NCBI GenBank assembly: GCA_964386465.1
Contig: CAYLTU010000002.1
Span: 1 to 55,061, forward strand
DNA: 55,061 nt
Reading direction: 5' to 3'
DNA from: an uncultured Rhodospirillaceae bacterium
GTDB taxonomy: Bacteria > Pseudomonadota > Alphaproteobacteria > UBA8366 > GCA-2717185
Made by a program: the position numbers and the translations under genes. The notes below the pieces were generated by a model that saw only the letters and a list, made by a program, of their open reading frames with translations, searched no databases and was not told the origin of the DNA. Every line of letters starts with the position of its first letter. Position 1 is the stretch's first letter. Of the stretch, positions 52,426 to 55,061 are shown in pieces.

Positions 52426-54719
52426 CGGCGCCGAACCGCCTGATCGGTAGTCCTCTGGAGCGGGTCGAGGATTTGCGCCTGCTGCGCGGCCGCGGGCAGT
52501 TCGTTGCCGACCTAAACCGGGAGGGCCAGCTTCATGCGGTCATCTTGCGCAGTCCGGCCGCGCATGGTCATCTCCGAAATATCGATACCGCCGCGGCGCT
52601 GCGGCTCGCTGGCGTGCACACGGTCCTGACGGCGCGCGATCTTGGACCCACCGTGCCCGTTCTGCCGATCCGGTTGCAGCCGTTACCGGAGCTCGAACCG
52701 TTCTGCCAGCCGATGCTGGCGGATGAGAAAGTCCGCTATGTCGGCGAACCGCTCGCCGTGGTCGTGGCCGATAGCCCGGCGATAGCGGAAGACGCGCTCG
52801 ACCTGATCGATGTCGATATTGCACAGCTTCCGGCGATCACCGAGCGGAAGCAAGCAGAGTTGGGTGACACGATTCTGTTCGATGAACACGGCTCGAATGT
52901 CTCGATGCAATGGAACGCCGTCAAGGGCGATGCGGACGCCGCCTTCGCCGATGCCGACTACACGCGGCGGGAGACATTCCATGTGCAACGCCACGCCGCC
53001 CTGTTTTTGGAGCCGCGTGGATTTGTCGCCGAGTGGGACGCGGCGGCCGAAAGGCTGACAGTGTGGGGTGCGGCCAAGGTTGCCTTCGCCAACCGCAAGA
53101 TCCTGGCCGCGACGATGGGCCTGGAGATTGACCGGATCGACATGGTCGAAGGCGATGTCGGCGGCAGCTTCGGGTCGCGCGGCGAGTTCTATCCGGAAGA
53201 TTTCCTGATCCCCTTCGCCGCGCGCCATCTCGGCCGGCCGGTCAAATGGATCGAGGATCGGCGCGAGCATTTGATGGCGGCGAATCATGCCCGCCAAATC
53301 GAGTGCGATGTCGAAATCGCGGCGACCGAGGACGGCAGGATCCTTGCGCTGCGCGGCCGGAACTGGACCGACAACGGCGCCTATATCCGCACCAACGGTT
53401 CGATCGCGCCGCGCAACGCGGCCCAATTCATGTCCGGACCGTACGATATCGAACATATCGCCCTGACAAGCTTTTCGCTGACGACGAACAAGACGCCGAC
53501 CGGTACCTATCGCGCGCCCGGGCGGTTCGAGCCGGATTTCGTGCGCGAGCGGCTGATCGACCTGATGGCCAAGGATCTTGATCTGGACCCGCTCGACGTG
53601 CGGCGCCGCAATCTCGTGCCGGCCGCCAAGATGCCCTATCCCCTGGCGACCATGACGCCGTTCGAGAGCGTCACCGAATTGGACAGCGGCGACAATCACG
53701 CGCTGCTCGACCGCTGTCTGGACGAATTCGGCTGGGCGGAGAAGATCAAGCTGCAAGGCGAATGCGTCGACGGCCGATATCACGGGGTTTCCGTCGGGTG
53801 TTTCATCGAAGGCGGCGCGTCCGGCCCCAGCGAGGACGCGCGGATCGTTCTGGAAACCGACGGAACTTTCTCCGTCTATCTCGGTTCCTCGGGGGTTGGC
53901 CAGGGCATCGAAACCATCATGGGCCAGATCGCCGGCGATGCGCTCGAGGTGCCGTTCGAACGCGTTCGCGTTCACTATGGTTCCACTGCGTATGTCGCGG
54001 AAGGCTACGGCTCGTTCCACTCCCGCTCGACCGTGATGGGTGGATCGGCGATCGTGCTGGCAGCCGAAGCATTGAAGGAAAAGCTTAAAATCATCGCATC
54101 GACATTGCTCGGTTGCGCCTCGGACGGGGTAACGCTCGATTCCGAAGGCGCGCGCGACGGTGCGGGCAATGCGGTGCCCTATGCTGAACTGTCCGGCGAC
54201 CCGGTCGAGGCCGAAGCGCGGTTCGAGAGCAAAAAGTACACCTATTCCTATGGCAGCCTCGCGGCGCATGTCGCGGTCGACCCGAAGACCGGACAGGTCG
54301 ATGTCCTCGACGTCGCGTCGAGCAAGGATGTCGGCCGCATGATCAACCCCGCGACCCTGAACGGGCAGTCGGTCGGTTCGATCGTGCAGGGTCTCGGCGG
54401 CACGCTGTTGGAGGAGTTCGTCTACGATTCGGACGGGCAGCTGCTCACCGGGACGCTAGCCGACTACCTGCTGCCGACCGCCACCGACTTCCCGAATATC
54501 CGTTCCACCGTCGTCGAGCTGGCGCCGTCGCCGCACAACCCGCTCGGCGCGAAGGGGGCAGGCGAAGGCGAGATCATTCCGGTCGGCGGCGTGATCGCCA
54601 ACGCCGTCGCTCAGGCGCTCGCCGAGTTCGGGGTCGAGCCGATGGCGCTACCGCTGTCGCCACCGAATGTCTGGCGTCTGATCCAGGACGCGCAATCGAA
54701 GCAAGGAGTGTCGTCATGA
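52422..54719 (+). CDS. Molybdopterin-binding large subunit of a xanthine dehydrogenase/aldehyde oxidase-family hydroxylase (CoxL-like, not bona fide CODH)
   Basis: The GTG at 52422 overlaps the upstream TGA. N-terminus: GSPLERVEDLRLLRGRGQFVADL. Active-site loop: GTYRAPGR (about 53502-53525). The block GAKGAGEGEIIPVGG is near the C-terminus. Confidence 0.9.
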   Translation: MTAPNRLIGSPLERVEDLRLLRGRGQFVADLNREGQLHAVILRSPAAHGHLRNIDTAAALRLAGVHTVLTARDLGPTVPVLPIRLQPLPELEPFCQPMLADEKVRYVGEPLAVVVADSPAIAEDALDLIDVDIAQLPAITERKQAELGDTILFDEHGSNVSMQWNAVKGDADAAFADADYTRRETFHVQRHAALFLEPRGFVAEWDAAAERLTVWGAAKVAFANRKILAATMGLEIDRIDMVEGDVGGSFGSRGEFYPEDFLIPFAARHLGRPVKWIEDRREHLMAANHARQIECDVEIAATEDGRILALRGRNWTDNGAYIRTNGSIAPRNAAQFMSGPYDIEHIALTSFSLTTNKTPTGTYRAPGRFEPDFVRERLIDLMAKDLDLDPLDVRRRNLVPAAKMPYPLATMTPFESVTELDSGDNHALLDRCLDEFGWAEKIKLQGECVDGRYHGVSVGCFIEGGASGPSEDARIVLETDGTFSVYLGSSGVGQGIETIMGQIAGDALEVPFERVRVHYGSTAYVAEGYGSFHSRSTVMGGSAIVLAAEALKEKLKIIASTLLGCASDGVTLDSEGARDGAGNAVPYAELSGDPVEAEARFESKKYTYSYGSLAAHVAVDPKTGQVDVLDVASSKDVGRMINPATLNGQSVGSIVQGLGGTLLEEFVYDSDGQLLTGTLADYLLPTATDFPNIRSTVVELAPSPHNPLGAKGAGEGEIIPVGGVIANAVAQALAEFGVEPMALPLSPPNVWRLIQDAQSKQGVSS

Positions 54720-55061
54720 GCACCGCCCGCCATCCCCGTGCGCCAGAGCTGGACGGCGTGTCGCTGCAGGACATCATGGACCGCTATGTCGGCCGCTACC
54801 GTGAAAAGGTGCCCGATTGGGCCGCGTTCGAGGACGCCAAGATCGAAGGCTACAAGCGCGCCCAGCACCGTTTTATTGGCGTCGGCGGCTCCGGCAAGCA
54901 TGACGATCCGAACGCCATCCCGGCCGGCGTCATCCACGGCTTCGAGAACAGGAGCCTGGAGCCGGTCTACTTCCAGGTTATGCTCGGCCGCGGCAGGCCG
55001 GAGGCGATGGGCTACGCCGACGACGCGCTGTTCGAGCGGCGCGACGCGCATTTGAAGGACG
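54716..55061 (+). CDS. Hypothetical protein (possible cupin-like), 3' end outside the window
   Basis: The ATG at 54716 overlaps the large-subunit TGA (ATGA). The frame stays open to the window edge: MSTARHPRAPELDGVSLQDIMDRYVGRYREKVPDW...IPAGVIHGFENRSLEPVYFQVML. It is absent from the ORF track because it has no stop. Confidence 0.4.
   Translation, partial: MSTARHPRAPELDGVSLQDIMDRYVGRYREKVPDWAAFEDAKIEGYKRAQHRFIGVGGSGKHDDPNAIPAGVIHGFENRSLEPVYFQVMLGRGRPEAMGYADDALFERRDAHLKD

Noticed and set aside
52422-54719. Calling the CoxMSL-like operon an aerobic carbon-monoxide dehydrogenase.
   Set aside because: The large-subunit active-site loop is GTYRAPGR, not the Cys-containing CODH signature as I recall it. 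No coxD/E/F/G accessory genes are visible within the window.
1-55061. Search for CRISPR arrays, IS elements, integrases, phage genes, rRNA and tRNA.
   Set aside because: I saw no regularly spaced repeats, no transposase-, integrase- or phage-like translated ORFs, and no cloverleaf-compatible sequences. The only accessory-like patches are the cyclase locus, the brnTA cassette and a few AT-rich intergenic gaps.

Overview
GC-rich chromosomal segment with alphaproteobacterial (Rhodospirillales-like) gene content, densely coded on both strands. I found no rRNA, tRNA, CRISPR array, transposase or integrase. About 55 coding regions are supportable.

Content:
- Housekeeping genes: pgk, the dapF-mtaB-ftsY chain, and yciB.
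- A large set of amine, amide and N-heterocycle catabolic genes: a formate dehydrogenase alpha fragment, a dimethylglycine/sarcosine-dehydrogenase-family enzyme, three DAO-family FAD oxidoreductases, two amidase-signature amidases, a D-hydantoinase / N-carbamoyl-D-amino-acid hydrolase / hydantoin racemase set, an N-formylglutamate amidohydrolase-like gene, and a CoxM/S/L-type molybdenum hydroxylase.
- Transport and signalling genes: EmrAB-type efflux, an EamA transporter, a cNMP-gated MscS channel, PhoX, and a PAS-LuxR regulator.

Main observations:
1. Two ORF-track fragments (1512-2012 and 2031-2399) are in the same frame and separated only by TGA. A SECIS-like hairpin starts 11 nt downstream. 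Together they read as one GrdB/PrdB-family selenoprotein with a U-P-V-C centre, but none of the other glycine-reductase components are nearby.
2. A 1,119-aa SAM / class III cyclase / STAND ATPase / TPR protein sits in an AT-richer patch bracketed by two decayed gene remnants.
3. There are three DUF2336 paralogues. Two are in tandem upstream of the cNMP-gated MscS channel, and one is directly upstream of the PAS-LuxR regulator.
4. A BrnT/BrnA toxin-antitoxin pair is inserted in the middle of the hydantoin-utilisation cluster.
5. Two unannotatable ORFs abut in the same frame (TAG immediately followed by ATG).
6. A 64-aa AtzG/GatC-like ORF is translationally coupled to an amidase.
7. A bacteriohemerythrin gene is frameshifted.

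All functional calls come from reading the translated ORFs and recalling family motifs. No database search was run.
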